A stretch of DNA of 64,000 nucleotides, taken from positions 38,318,001-38,382,000 of the forward strand of contig NC_087437.1 of the NCBI RefSeq assembly GCF_036321535.1, given 5' to 3'. The position numbers and the translations under genes were made by a program. Shown here piece after piece: positions 37,715 through 50,199 of the stretch; the first letter of the stretch is position 1, and every line of letters starts with the position of its first letter. Below the pieces are notes generated by a model, which made no database searches, was not told the origin of the DNA, and saw only the letters and a list, made by a program, of their open reading frames with translations. Source of the stretch: Camelus dromedarius. Its lineage: Eukaryota.

Positions 37715-40700
37715 GATAGATATAATGAAGAACTATTATTTAAAATATACAGAGAACTTTTAAACCTCAACAAGAAGAAAAAACCTTGATTTAAAAATGG
37801 GGCCAACACCTTTACAGACATCTTACCAAAGAATATATACAGATAGCAAATAAGCAGAAAAAATATGTGCTCTACATCACATATCATCAGGGAAATGCTA
37901 GTTAAAACAACAATTAGATACCACTGCAAAGCCTGTTTGAATGGTCAAAATCCAGAACACTGACAGCACCAAGTGCAGGCAAGGGGTAAAGTGGTGGGAA
38001 TGCAAAATGGTATAGCCACTTTGGAAGACAGTTTGGTGATTTCTCACAAAAGTTACCATAGGACCCAGCAAATGCACAGCTTGGTATTTACCTAAAGGAG
38101 CTGAACACTTACGTCCTCACAGAAACCTGCATATGAATATGTATAGTAGCTTTATTTATTCATAATTGTCAAAACTTGGAAGCAACCAAGATGTCCTCCA
38201 GTAAGTGAATGGATAAGTAAATTGTGACACATCTAGACAATGGAATACTATTCAGTGTTAAAAATAAATAACCCAAATCAAACCATAAAAAGACATGGAG
38301 TTACCCTACATGCATTTTACTAAGTTTAAAAAGCCACTATTTTGGGTATATATAAAATTTATTGTATACTTAAGCGTTTAAGAAGAACAATTTTGCAATA
38401 TATACATGCTGAATCATTGTTATACACCTGAAACTAGTATAATTTTATATGTCCATCATACCTCAAAAAAAATTCAGGAAGAATAAAAGCTTCTCCTTTT
38501 TAAAGTTTGTATTTATATATTAATTAAAATTTAAACAAAATTTTAAAATATATTAAAAAGTTTCAGGAAAGATTGAATGTAGCTAAGAAATACAAACTCA
38601 ATTTTTATGTAAATAGACTTTCATATACCTGTATTATTTGCACATATTCTTTGTTATTAAACTTAAAAATATAGTCTCATTTGAGCTAATATTATTTACC
38701 ATTTCGAGAAAAAATTTGGCTGAACTGAATTAATCATAAAGTAGCTACATGGTTGCAATTTGGTTGAGACCAAATGACTGACTTTTATGCGGAGCTCGAA
38801 ATTTCTGAAATATCTTACCTTGAATAATCTTTTATACAACCTTGAATAATCCATACCCTAAATAATAATAACAGGAAATATTTTAAAAATCACAAAGCAT
38901 ATAGATATGGTGGGGAAAAGAGTAAAGAATCTGATCTGAATAAACGATTTTAAAGAAAAATTATACTGTAAGTGAATCATGTTTTAAAAATTTGTCAAAT
39001 GTATTTTAAAGTGTGGTTATATTTAGTTTTTTTTTAAGTTCTATGTCAAAACAGGTATCTGAACAGTATTCATTTGTTGTGAAAATTATAATGTTTGCTA
39101 CATTTTAATATTAAGCCACTCAATTTTAGAAAATATTTTTTTCCAGTCTTCAGAAACAATTACGTTTCATGATTTGACACAGGTTTTGATTGAGTATGTC
39201 AGAAAAACTTGTATAGTTCTCTTGGTGTAATAAATGGGATATTCAGGCTCTAATTTCCATAAAAACAGATTTTTTTTGAAACTAACAATTCTGGGATTTA
39301 TTAGATTTTCCAGGAAAGCATTATAATTATCTCATACATCAACCATAACTAGTGCTTATTACAAGTGCCAGTTGTGATTGCTTGCTGATTTTGTTGATGT
39401 TCAAGGCATACCAAAGATATTTTCAGTTTACCTTGAAATGATGAGTTCAGAGTCCTACGTTTTCTTTTAGATTTTTGGGAAATGTTTGTATAGAGAATGT
39501 AATAATTTTCTATCAGAATTTACATAACTGCATGCAAGTTTAATTGATTCTTTTCCACTTTGATCCTAGAAGGGCATTAGGTATCTATCCCTTGGGTTAT
39601 GAAATTCAGAACTTCTTTTCTGTTTTGCTTCACATCCTTTAGTTTTTTTTGGCTGTACACTCAAATCATCTGAGCTGATACTTGAGTACCACTCTCACTG
39701 CACCAGTGAGAAAGCTTAGATCAAGGAAGAGATATAAGATGACTTCTTGAATATGATAAAGCATTTAATAAGTAGAGTGAAGAAATTAATAAAAAAGGGC
39801 CCAAATATAAAAGGTTTCATGCAGCCCTCTCACCAACTTTTAAGAATGCAAAAACATAAGCTACCATATGATCACTCTGAACATTCTATAAATTCAGGTG
39901 TGATACAGTTTTCCAGCGATACGTAAATGTATAAATTTGTGAAAGATGACATAGAAATATTATGCATTAATTATCTTACATTGATTGGTATAGTGATTTA
40001 TTTGTGATTTTTTCACAACTTTATTTATATTTTCAATGAAATCATGCTATATGATTCTGGAGTGATTGATGATTAATAAATACGAGGAGAAAACTTAAAC
40101 GTTACCACAAAACTGACAAAATGATTTCTAGGTATGTTATTGATATAAACCAGGGCTCTAAAGGTATATTTAGGTGATAGTAGTTTCAAGGAATATTATT
40201 AGAGGCTTTGACATCAAAAGGTCAAAGAAAATATTAGATATATCTTATCCTTCTCTACCCCACTCTCATAGACAGTAACTGCTTTACAATAAACAGTAGG
40301 TGATTAAAGTATCCGAGATACTCTGTAATAGAATGCTGCTTACAATTTAGTAGTAATTACTTGAAAAAATAAAAATAAGACTTACTTTGGGAATGACATT
40401 TTTTTAAGGCTTACTATTAACACTATTCAGAACAAATTTTTCTTAGTACTAACTGTGGCAAAGTGGAAAGTAAGTATAAGGGAATGCAAAAATCTATGGT
40501 ATTTCATCTCCCTAATCATCAAAGATCTGATGCCAATTTTAAATGTGTGATTTAGCAGGATGATACACAGGTCACACTCTGAAACTATACAAGCCATTCT
40601 TAGCTTATGGTTCCATACTGCACCAACTTCATTATCGCAAACTGATGAATGACTGAGTTAGATGACTGAATTGAACTTCTAGCAAACTCCTGAGCCCTAT

Positions 40701-42139
40701 CTTCTATTTCATTCATTAAGAAGGGTGATCTACATATATGCAGTCTTGTATTATAAATACGTGATTATCAGTTAATAACTCATTATCTCTGGTGGCCCAG
40801 ATCAAAACCTCTTACTTTTAGAATTCAGTATTTTAGAATACCCTTAAACATTTTGCTAAAGGTTAAATTTAACAATCCTTAATCTAGGATAACAATCCTT
40901 GAACTGTCATTTCATTTTCATTTCCTCTTCTTCTTCCCACCTTTCCATTAACCCCAAGTCACCAAAAAAAAAAAAAAAATCATACATTGTACCATTTGAT
41001 GACAATTTATATTCAACAATCTAACATGCATATGAAATAGGCAGAGATTTATTTACAATTCCAAGTTGATATTCTTCTAATTTTCTTGTTATACAGAACA
41101 ACTCCACATTACATTTATAGAGGATCTTACTCTGTATATGAATTTGATTCTGCTTTGACTAGTTTTCTCGCACGTTGATAACATAATAATAAAATCTTTT
41201 AAATTTATTTTGAATCAGACTTTTAAAAACTTTATGCACAGATTAATAGGAAATACTTTATGGATAGTACACTAATTTAAAAAATTTAGTAAAATCTTGG
41301 TACCTTTTTAGGTGATGAAACTGGCTTAACAGTTTTCTGGATTTAGATTCTCATAAAGGATGTGAAGATGTCCCTAGCAGATTTTTCAGAGTGCAAGGGT
41401 TTACAGATTGAGAATATATACTTGATTGTTAAATTCTTCAAAAATCATAATAAAAAAGATCATTCTCTTGATGAGGTTTTATAGATTATTGAAGAGAAGT
41501 CCTAAGTAGTGCATTGATGAGAGGATTTTATTGAAATTATATTCATATGGAAAATGATTACAATTTTTAGAAAATCTCAGAGGTGATTATCCAGGCAGCT
41601 TCTGGCATGTGACTGATTGCTTTGGAAACACATTAGAACCCCCTGAGCAGAAGCAGAGTTAAAAGCTTAAGTCTAGACATGAGGTCATCCTTCATTATCA
41701 CATTCTATGGAAAGAAAAAGTGATTATCTTGCTGATTAAAACATAGGTATTTACTGATAAGAGATTTCCATTGAAAGAGTACTCATTTTTGCTTGAATTT
41801 ATTATGATTCCCAAATCTGAGGATTCATGTCTTTAGCCTAACCTGGAAAATCATTTGTTGATATCTCTTCAAAAATAATTTTCTTCAATTCTCTCTACTC
41901 ATGACATTAAGAATCCTATTAAATTGGTGTTGATCCCTCTAAAAGCTTTGGAGGCCTATTTATATTGTCTTACCTGCAGGATCACTATGAATAAATCATA
42001 TTGTTTCCCTTAATGGGAATCAGATCTATTGTACCTCTACCAAAATGAGAAGGTCTGAGCCTTGCAATTAGGGCAAATTAGTAGCTGTAGAAACAGCAAA
42101 ACCTCAGTCAGTAAGCATGCGTGCTACTTGGCATAGTAG

Positions 42140-42745
42140 TTGAATCAGCTGGGACTTTTGTTTGCAGGTAGCCAGAGACTCACTTCCAACTGCCTAGTGA
42201 AAGGGCATTTAATTCATAAGTTACATATTCCACAATGGGTCCTTGCCATTTGCTTCTGTTCCTCCCCCTTTATCTCTTTCCATTTTCAGATACAGTTCAT
42301 TCTTCAAATGTCCACATGTCACCTGGTCTCACCCTGTCTACATCTTTTGACCTAATTCATCTGTGTGAATACAGTGAAAAATGGTTGCCAGTAGTTAGGC
42401 CTACATCCTCCCAGTTCCACAAAGGAAGAGTTTCTGATTTGTTTTGTTTTGTTTCTTCTGACAAGCTTTCATACATGTCTAGGATTGATTCTGATTGAAA
42501 CAACGGTTATATTTCAAATGACATGAATTAATGTGGTCAGTGATCAAACTCCTTGTTTGCACAAGGATGTGGCACACTGTGGCTATGGAGTATTTGTGCT
42601 CTTTGAGCCTGGGCAGGGTCACATGCACCAAACACATGTACCCTAAATGGGCAAGATGTAATTCCTAAAAGACATTTCAGGTACTCTTACCAGTCGAGAA
42701 ATGGAATGGTTGATAGATAAGCCAAAGCAGTACACGCCCACCTTA
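42140..42745 (-). mobile_element. Very old MaLR LTR (MLT1L/M/N-like)
   Basis: TGAATCAGCTGGGACTTTTGTTTGCAGGTAGCCAGAGACTCACTTCCAACTG...AAGGGCATTTA. Confidence 0.5.
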
Positions 42746-42791
42746 GTAGGCTATTAAGGTAATTGATCAGAAAACAAATTTCACAAGTTTC

Positions 42792-43196
42792 TTTTTTTTA
42801 ATTGAAGTATAGCCAGTTTATAATGTTGTGTCAATTTCTGGTGTTCAGCATACTGTTTCAGCCATACATACATACATACATATATAGATTTTTATATTAT
42901 TTTTCATTATAGGTTACAGCAAGATATTGAATATAGTTCCCTGTGCTATGCAGTATGAACTTATTTTTTATCTATCCTACATATATTAATTAGTATCTGC
43001 AAATCTTGAACTCCTAGTTTATTCCCTCCCACCCTTGTTTTCCCTCTGGTAACCATAAGCTTGTTTTCTGTGTCTGTGAGTCTGTTTCAGTTTTGTAAAT
43101 AAGTTCATTTGTGTCATTTTTTTTTAGATTCCACCTATAAGTGATATCATATGGTATTTTTCTTTCTTTTTTCTGGCTTACTTCACTTAGAATGAC
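42792..43196 (-). mobile_element. Camelid-type L1 3' end (antisense)
   Basis: TTGAAGTATAGCCAGTTTATAATGTTGTGTCAATTTCTGGTG...AGATTCCACCTATAAGTGATATCATATGG...CTTACTTCACTTAGAATGAC; degenerate TSD AAATTTCACAAGTTTCTT / AAATTTCAAAGGTTCTT. Confidence 0.9.
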
Positions 43197-43354
43197 TTAG
43201 AAATTTCAAAGGTTCTTACACAGAGTTAGAAAAAAAGGATATGTATGATATATTAATTGAGTTAAAAATTACCTTAATATAAAGTTAATATATTTATTAT
43301 ACATTAAATTAAATATATGCTTGTGATAGGTTTTATTAATGCTTGCCAGATAAG

Positions 43355-43508
43355 AACATGAAAAGGAATATATATATATCTAAATATGTGAATATATATC
43401 TAAATATATATAACTGAATCATTATGCTGTATACCGGAAATTAACACAATATTGTAAACCGATTATACTTCAAAAAAATAAATAAATAAAAGCAAACAAA
43501 CAAAAAAA
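43355..43508 (+). mobile_element. Short camelid-type L1 3' end (sense) with A-rich tail
   Basis: ATATATAACTGAATCATTATGCTGTATACCGGAAATTAACACAATATTGTAAACCGATTATACTTCAAAAAAA. Confidence 0.85.
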
Positions 43509-43514
43509 TTAATT

Positions 43515-43858
43515 TTTCTTCCTGCTGCGCTCCTCTCTGAAGTAGAGTATATTCTTGCCTTGGGGATCTCAGGGTTGACTTGGCTTGGCCAATGTAATGT
43601 GAGTAGAAGTGCCACATGTCACTTCTTGACAGAAGCTTTAAAGTCACTGTGTAATTTTCCATGTCTTTCTTCTCTCACTCACAATGACTTTGAATGTACC
43701 CAAAGTGAGGCTGGGCACTGGAATAAAGACTCAATAGAGCAAGATGAGGCTGATATGATTAGACATGCTGTTTGAATAAAAAATAAACATTTGCTGTTAT
43801 AAGCCCCTGAAAGTTTATCTGTTGCTGTAGTATGCCAGTGCAAATCCTGACTGATATA
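43515..43858 (+). mobile_element. MaLR LTR (MLT1J-like)
   Basis: GACTTGGCTTGGCCAATGTAATGTGAGTAGAAGTG...AATAAACATTTGCTGTTATAAGCCCCTGA...TCCTGACTGATA. Confidence 0.75.
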
Positions 43859-45429
43859 ATCTATTTTTTTATCTTAAAAATGTTTACCGAGAACTCGCAT
43901 GTTCAAAATAAGTATAAAGTTAAAGTTATTAAGAGTGTTTTAAGGTGCTCTTTTATCAATTTTGAAAGATGGAAAATTAACACAATTTAATTGTGTATTA
44001 CCTGAAAACAAAGAAACAAAGACAGAAGAAAATAAACACCATATGTGTCCTCCAGGATTAAATTATCCAAAACTATTATTGAAGAGAATATCCTCTGAAG
44101 ACAGGCTGTATTATTTTGAAACCAAAAATAATATCACATTTCTTTCTTTGGATACACACATTTATATTATGCAAGCCTGCACCCTGCTTGACTACAGATC
44201 ATTTTATTCCAGTGACCTTGAGAAACCTCAAGGAATGCTTATGCTTAGCTATTCCACAAATGAATCCTTGCCACGCAGTCTATTCTTTCACTCCTTAAAT
44301 CATTAACCTAGCCCACTCAGGAAACTGCTATTCCCCTGTGATTTTTATGTCAAGCATGAATAAAGTTTCATCAGCTAAAACTCTACTACGTAACTAAGAC
44401 AAGATTATTTCATCTGGGAAAAGAAAATTCCTGAAGGACTGGGGGATAGGAAAAAAGGAACTTTAAACAAAGACAACTTAAAACATTCACATAGATACAG
44501 TTACTAACAGGGAATTTTAACCCCAGTCTCTCTCTATTCAAGATTGGCTTTCATTTTGCGTATCTAAATATCCATTTGCAAACAGTTCCAAAGCGCTGGA
44601 CCCCAAAAGGTCATTTCACAAAGAATCAAGCAAAACAGAAACATATTTCAAAGCTTAGTATTTCTTTTCCCCCCATCTTTATAGAACACGTTTTTACAAT
44701 GTATCTAAGAATTTTAGTCATGAAACACATGTAAACTATGTTTGTTTTTAACACTCATGTTCCCCTGACACTGGAACATACAAATGAATCAGTTCCATGG
44801 GGACTTGGTCAATTTAGTATTTTCTAAGTCATCTCATGTTTAATCTAATTCAGTTCCAAATATTCACTCACCATGTCATCTTCCCGAGGATGCTATATAA
44901 GTCAGAGCTGTGTGAATTCCATGTATCAGTGGGGAAGGACTGCCTGACCCAGAGCCATCCCTAGTCATTGATCCATGAGCTCTTCGTTTTCCTTTCCTTG
45001 TTACATCTGTTGGTGCTCCTCTTAGTCATTTTTCACCTTTCTAGAAATATTTAGATTCTCTCATACTTTTCTCTGCGAAGAGGAGACTCAGGTGATCATC
45101 CTGGCATGACAAACTTCCTTGAGATGTTTGTAGTCTCCCCAAGCTTCAATAGGAAAAAAAACAAAGCAGTCTGCTCCCTCTTGAATCTTTTTATATATCT
45201 ACAGTTCCTGTGCTTCTCCTCCACTGGGGCTTGGAAACTTTACAAGGGCAAAGAGGAAATCAATGTTTCTTCTACTGCTCTTTCTGGGTCTGCTTCATTG
45301 GCCTAGGTAACATTTACAGCATCTGGGGGGAGAAGCAGTAATGTCCTCCCATCTGCTCTCTTGTCACTCTACTGTTACGGCTTCACAGGCTCTGCGTCTT
45401 CCACAGCTTAGACTTTAAAGTTTCCTTTT

Positions 45430-45665
45430 TAATGATACACACGCTGAAGTGTTTAGAATAAAGTACACTGATGTCTTCAAATTACTTAGAAAGGTATCCA
45501 AACTTAAGATGAAAGGAGTTAGGCATAAATGGATAGATTTATGATAAAAGAAATACACAGTATGATGTCAGTGGTAAAATCTAGGAGAGGTATATGCAGG
45601 TGTTTACTGTAAACCATGTTCACCATTGCTGTATATATGAACAATTTTATAAAAATTTTGAGGAA
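45430..45665 (+). mobile_element. L1ME/MC 3' UTR fragment
   Basis: GATACACACGCTGAAGTGTTTAG...GGTAAAATCTAGGAGAGGTATATGCAGGTGTTTACTGTAA. Confidence 0.65.
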
Positions 45666-46859
45666 ATTTGTCAAAATCATCATTTCTTTCATGAGTCTTA
45701 AAAGTTTATGTGGTATGTAAAACACAAAAAATTGGATCTTTGTTGTATATGACTTCTGAATATTTCTTCTCCGGAGGCATGACTTCATAGGCAAAAGTCA
45801 TAATGTTATAAAAAAATGAATGAAAAGTAACAGAGTAGAATCCTGGTTAATATTCTAAAATTGTATCAAGATAAATGTATGAAGTTATATATCCATATAT
45901 CATATAGATTACACTTGATTGTTTAAAAATATAAGCACACTATATTATAAACTTAGGTTCCTATTTCCTTGTGTTTCCACACAGCTGTCTATCATGGAAA
46001 CCTGCCCATATTTTGATCCATTACAAAAATTATTCAATTTTTAGCACAGTTAACCAATGTGTCAGAATTATATTTGTATGATAGTTTTCAGATTTTCTAC
46101 TCATGTCCTTTACCCATTTTTTAACTTAATGATTTTATTACTAATCTGTAAGAACAAATTATGTACTTGGTATTTTCTAGATTTTAATCCTCTAGAATAC
46201 ATGACAAATATACGCTCTAAGTTGGTTGTTTGCTTTTTAATTTTGTTTGTGTTAGTTTACAACTGTAGAATCTGTTAATCTGTAACTATACAAATCTAAA
46301 AAATTTACATTTATATTTTTTCATAGCATTTATGCTCAGAAAGATCTTCTTGCAGGTTAACTCAAATATTCAAATATAATATCTAGTTCTTTTATACCTT
46401 CATTATATCTAACATAATTAATATTTAGCCATTACATCTATCTATCTGTAAAATATAGTTAACCAATTTGTATAATTCCTTTGGTAAAAACTCTTGATAC
46501 TATTCTACATCACAAATCCATTTCTTTTGAACAATTCTTCCTTATCTCTCTTGTGAAACCTAATCATCTACTAGATAATAAAATTCACTTCAAATATCTC
46601 TTGGAAGTTATTACTGATATCTCAACATTGGAATACATATAACAGACATCTCCTCTGATGTGATTCCATAGCATCTTGACATAATCCCTATTAAAAACTG
46701 ATTGAAGAATGCACTATCTCCTGGTAGTCTGATTTTTCCTAGATTTATATTAGATACATAAATGAATATTCAAAAATTGTAGATCTGTATTTTCAATGGC
46801 ATTTCGAAAGTCAAGGACTAGGCTTCTGGAAAGAGTGCTGCTTTTTTTTTGGTCGTGTT

Positions 46860-47240
46860 TTTCCTCTTTCAGCTTCTCATCAGGGTTATACAAGCATATC
46901 AGTCAGAATGTATTTCTTGCTCACACTGCATGTCTATTTTATATCAGCAGGAGTTTCTTTTCCATGTAAGTTTCACACACGGACCCAGAGAGAAAGAAAC
47001 ATTTCAGACTACCTGAAATATCACCAGTAAGAAACAGCAGGGTGGACACAGAGAGCGTGGAAACACAGAGAGTCACATGTTTGCTTTTCTTGGCTTGTTC
47101 CTGGAGTCCATGCAGTTCCACTCAATTTCATTCATATCTTACTGGTCAAAACAAATAATGTGTTTGATGTCATCCAAAACAGAGGGGTATGCAATCTTAC
47201 CATGAATACTGAAAGATTAGATCCATAATAATGATGAATA
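46860..47240 (-). mobile_element. Old MaLR LTR remnant
   Basis: TATTTCTTGCTCACACTGCATGTC...TTCATATCTTACTGGTCAAAACAAAT...GCAATCTTACCATG. Confidence 0.5.
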
Positions 47241-48149
47241 ACTAACTCCATAACTATAAGATAAACAGTTAATATGTAAGAGAGGAAAAGGAAACTGTGA
47301 AGTCAAGTTAAAGAATTGCCCATTGTTGGAACATAGTCTGGAATGCAAGATGTTAGATATTAAAATTAAATAATGTAGATTTAAGCAATCTAGACAAGTG
47401 TGTGACCAAGGACATTGAAATGTATTTCTTAAAAAAAAGTTTACAAATTCAGATGATCTTACAAGTTAAGCATTTCATATAACTTGAGAAGTGTGTGACT
47501 TTTTTTAAGCTTTAAAGTAATTTAAAGTAATTCCATAGATTTGAAATTTCTCTCTATATTAAAAATATATGAAAGAAACAAACTGTTAACAAAATCTAAC
47601 ATGTATAGTGCAGAAAAGAAAGATTATGCAGAAGTTCCATTGAAATGCTAGCACATTTGCTCCAGCATCATGGTAAAAGAGTAACATTCCTTGATCAAAC
47701 TAAGTATATCAATGGATGCAAGCACAGCTTATGAACAGTGAAATTTAATATTAAAGGAGAGTATTCTTCATCTCAGAATTTCACCCAAATGCATTATTAA
47801 CAGCAGATTTTACACATTTAATCTAAATGGAGAGCTAAACTGCTGTCAGGCCCTCCTGGATTTACAAAGAGGTAGTCACGTTGCACCTTAAACCATTTCT
47901 CTTACTATGACTCAAAAAGTTAACTTACTTGCTAAAGATGACATAGTTAAGTGGCAAGGAAGGGAATCCAACTCTAGCACTATCAAAACTCAAATACTCA
48001 TGACACACAATACTACCTAATGTTGTTACCTATAAGACAGTGTTTCAGATAAATGCCTTAATTCAAAATATTTTACCAAAATCACTAGCTTTCTTACATG
48101 TCATTGACAAATATTTTAAAAATTAAACAGTAAAAAAGATAACTTGTAG

Positions 48150-48225
48150 TATTAACAAGAGTAGCCAAATACAATTATAAAGATATAATTGATATATTAA
48201 CAAGAGTATCCAAATAAAATTATAA
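48150..48225. repeat. Local tandem duplication of about 30 bp
   Basis: TATTAACAAGAGTAGCCAAATACAATTATAA and TATTAACAAGAGTATCCAAATAAAATTATAA. Confidence 0.85.
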
Positions 48226-48379
48226 GTAGATCTATGAAGTAATTAAATAAAAAGCAAAAAACAAAACAAAACAAAACAAAAATAAACTACAAGACAACAT
48301 GAAAGGAGGATTTAAAAATAGTTTCCCTCCTGTGTTCTTCCAAGGCAAGTCCTGAGGACGTGAACTTTCTTGCGTCCTC

Positions 48380-48760
48380 TATCACACAGTTTTTACAAAT
48401 GTACCAGCCAGTCAAGAACACAAGAGAAGACATTAAGAAACTGATAGAATATTATTTTCCTGAATAAGATGACATAATATTATAAAGACATTAATTTCCT
48501 ATAAAACTCCATACAGAGGTAAATTCATTCCATTTATAACTCTGATGAAAAAAATGGAACTTAACAAAATTATTCTGACATCATCTGGAAGAATAAATGG
48601 TTGAGGATAGCTAAGGAAATTTCTAAAAGAAAAATTACTGCAGGGAACTAATCTACCAGATACTAAAGTGTTTTATATGCTAAATTAACTCAAATCAGTA
48701 TGATACTGACTCAAATATATTAAAGCAGACTCGGAGAACAAAATAAAGAGGAAGAATTCA
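48380..48760 (+). mobile_element. Old L1M ORF2 remnant
   Basis: GGAACTTAACAAAATTATTCTGACATCATCTGGAAGAATAAATGG...CTACCAGATACTAAAG. Confidence 0.6.
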
Positions 48761-50199
48761 AACTTACTACTGGGCTCCTAGGAAGATGCTAAGCTTTGTG
48801 GATATACTCTGTGAACAAGATTGTCTCTTCTCTAAGTACTATCAGTAAATTTTTTTCTAAAGTATTTATGCTCTTCAGGATCTTGAGCATATTTTTTAAT
48901 AAAATGAATTGTTCCCATTGGTCTCTTGTGCTTCTTATCTTTTAAAATGTTCTCCTTGATCCAACTTTGAATAAGGAGGTCTTACTTTCTGTTTCCTGTG
49001 AGACTTGGGAATATAGTAGATATATTCTCCCTGAGTACCCTAAAACATCAGTATCTACTCATAGCCAGTGAATATTCATTTAATATAATAATTTATAGGG
49101 ACAGTCTGTTTGTTCATCCAACTGTCTACTTTTGGCACATCCACAGCTGTAAGGAGAGATCGTGGGACCCTCTTCCACACAAAGGCAAGTGCCATTTATT
49201 CTGCAGCAGTCACAGGATTTATCCTGCCCCCACAAGTGAAGATATAAACCTAATATCAAGAGTATTCCAATCATTTATTCTAGACTTTGTCCTATTTCCT
49301 TCCAGTTTCATATGTCCAGATTTAAAGTGGCACCCTATACTCACTTCTGTTGCTATATGTGTTACTTGGCTTAATTTTTTTCATGTATCAAAGTAAAGAA
49401 TATTGTATTAATGTAGAAAAATCAGTAATATATTCTGATTCTTTAGACTAAAAAACAACTTTCACACAACAGAGTCTTCATAACTCCCCCTGTCCAGTGA
49501 GATTTCTATGTCCCTGGTAATTGATAGAAATATTACACCATTTTGACCCTGACATGGTCTTTCATTTTGACCCAAGGCAACTTAAGTTTTTCAGAGGTCA
49601 TTCTTTCTACAGCTTGCCAGCTTATTAATCAATATTACTAGTTACCAAATGTTGTTAACATTGTACATCTCTTCTTGTAGATCCATCAATAGTTCTGTGA
49701 AAATAAGGAATTAAGTAACATTGGCTTTCTAGGACCACTGTCCTTTAAGTATAATTTAGATGAACAAGTTGTTCACAACAGTGTATCAGCCCCATAGGCC
49801 TCAATGAAACATCCATAAGACTGAAGGAATAAAAGTGTATTCCTCTTAAATATAATGCCATGTGGTTTCCATATTGATTTTTATTGGAAGTCTTAGTTTT
49901 GATTATCATATCTAAGGAATATAATCTAGTGTATCATATTTGATCATAAAATATTGATAAAATATTCAAAATTTTGGTTCTCAATTAGTTTTCCACTTGA
50001 ATATGCTATATCTTTATTTTGCAAAGTGGGCTGGAGAACATTTAAGCGTGGATTTTATTTGTGCATTAAATTTAAATGAATCTATAATTTCTTTTGAATT
50101 TTTGAGTAGATTTATTAGTGTTTCTTTACATTTAATATAAAACACAGAAACATATTTATTATTGATATTCCTACAGAAAAATTTAATATTATATTTCAG

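Larger units (their letters stand above)
35040..38335 (+). mobile_element. L1MC-type ORF2/3' fragment (35040-35400 and 37715-38335), split by a younger L1
   Basis: AACAAATGGTGCTGGAACATTTGGACATTCACA...AAAATATTTATAAAAGAT resumes at ...AAAATATACAGAGAACTTTTAAACCTCAAC...AAATCCAGAACACTGACAGCACC. Confidence 0.8.

Noticed and set aside
43962..44306. 114-aa plus-strand ORF
   Set aside because: Non-ATG start, no recognisable homology and no plus-strand splice context
48998..49396. Longest ORF in the track (132 aa)
   Set aside because: GTG start, no recognisable domain; length is compatible with chance; the region may be an old unrecognised repeat
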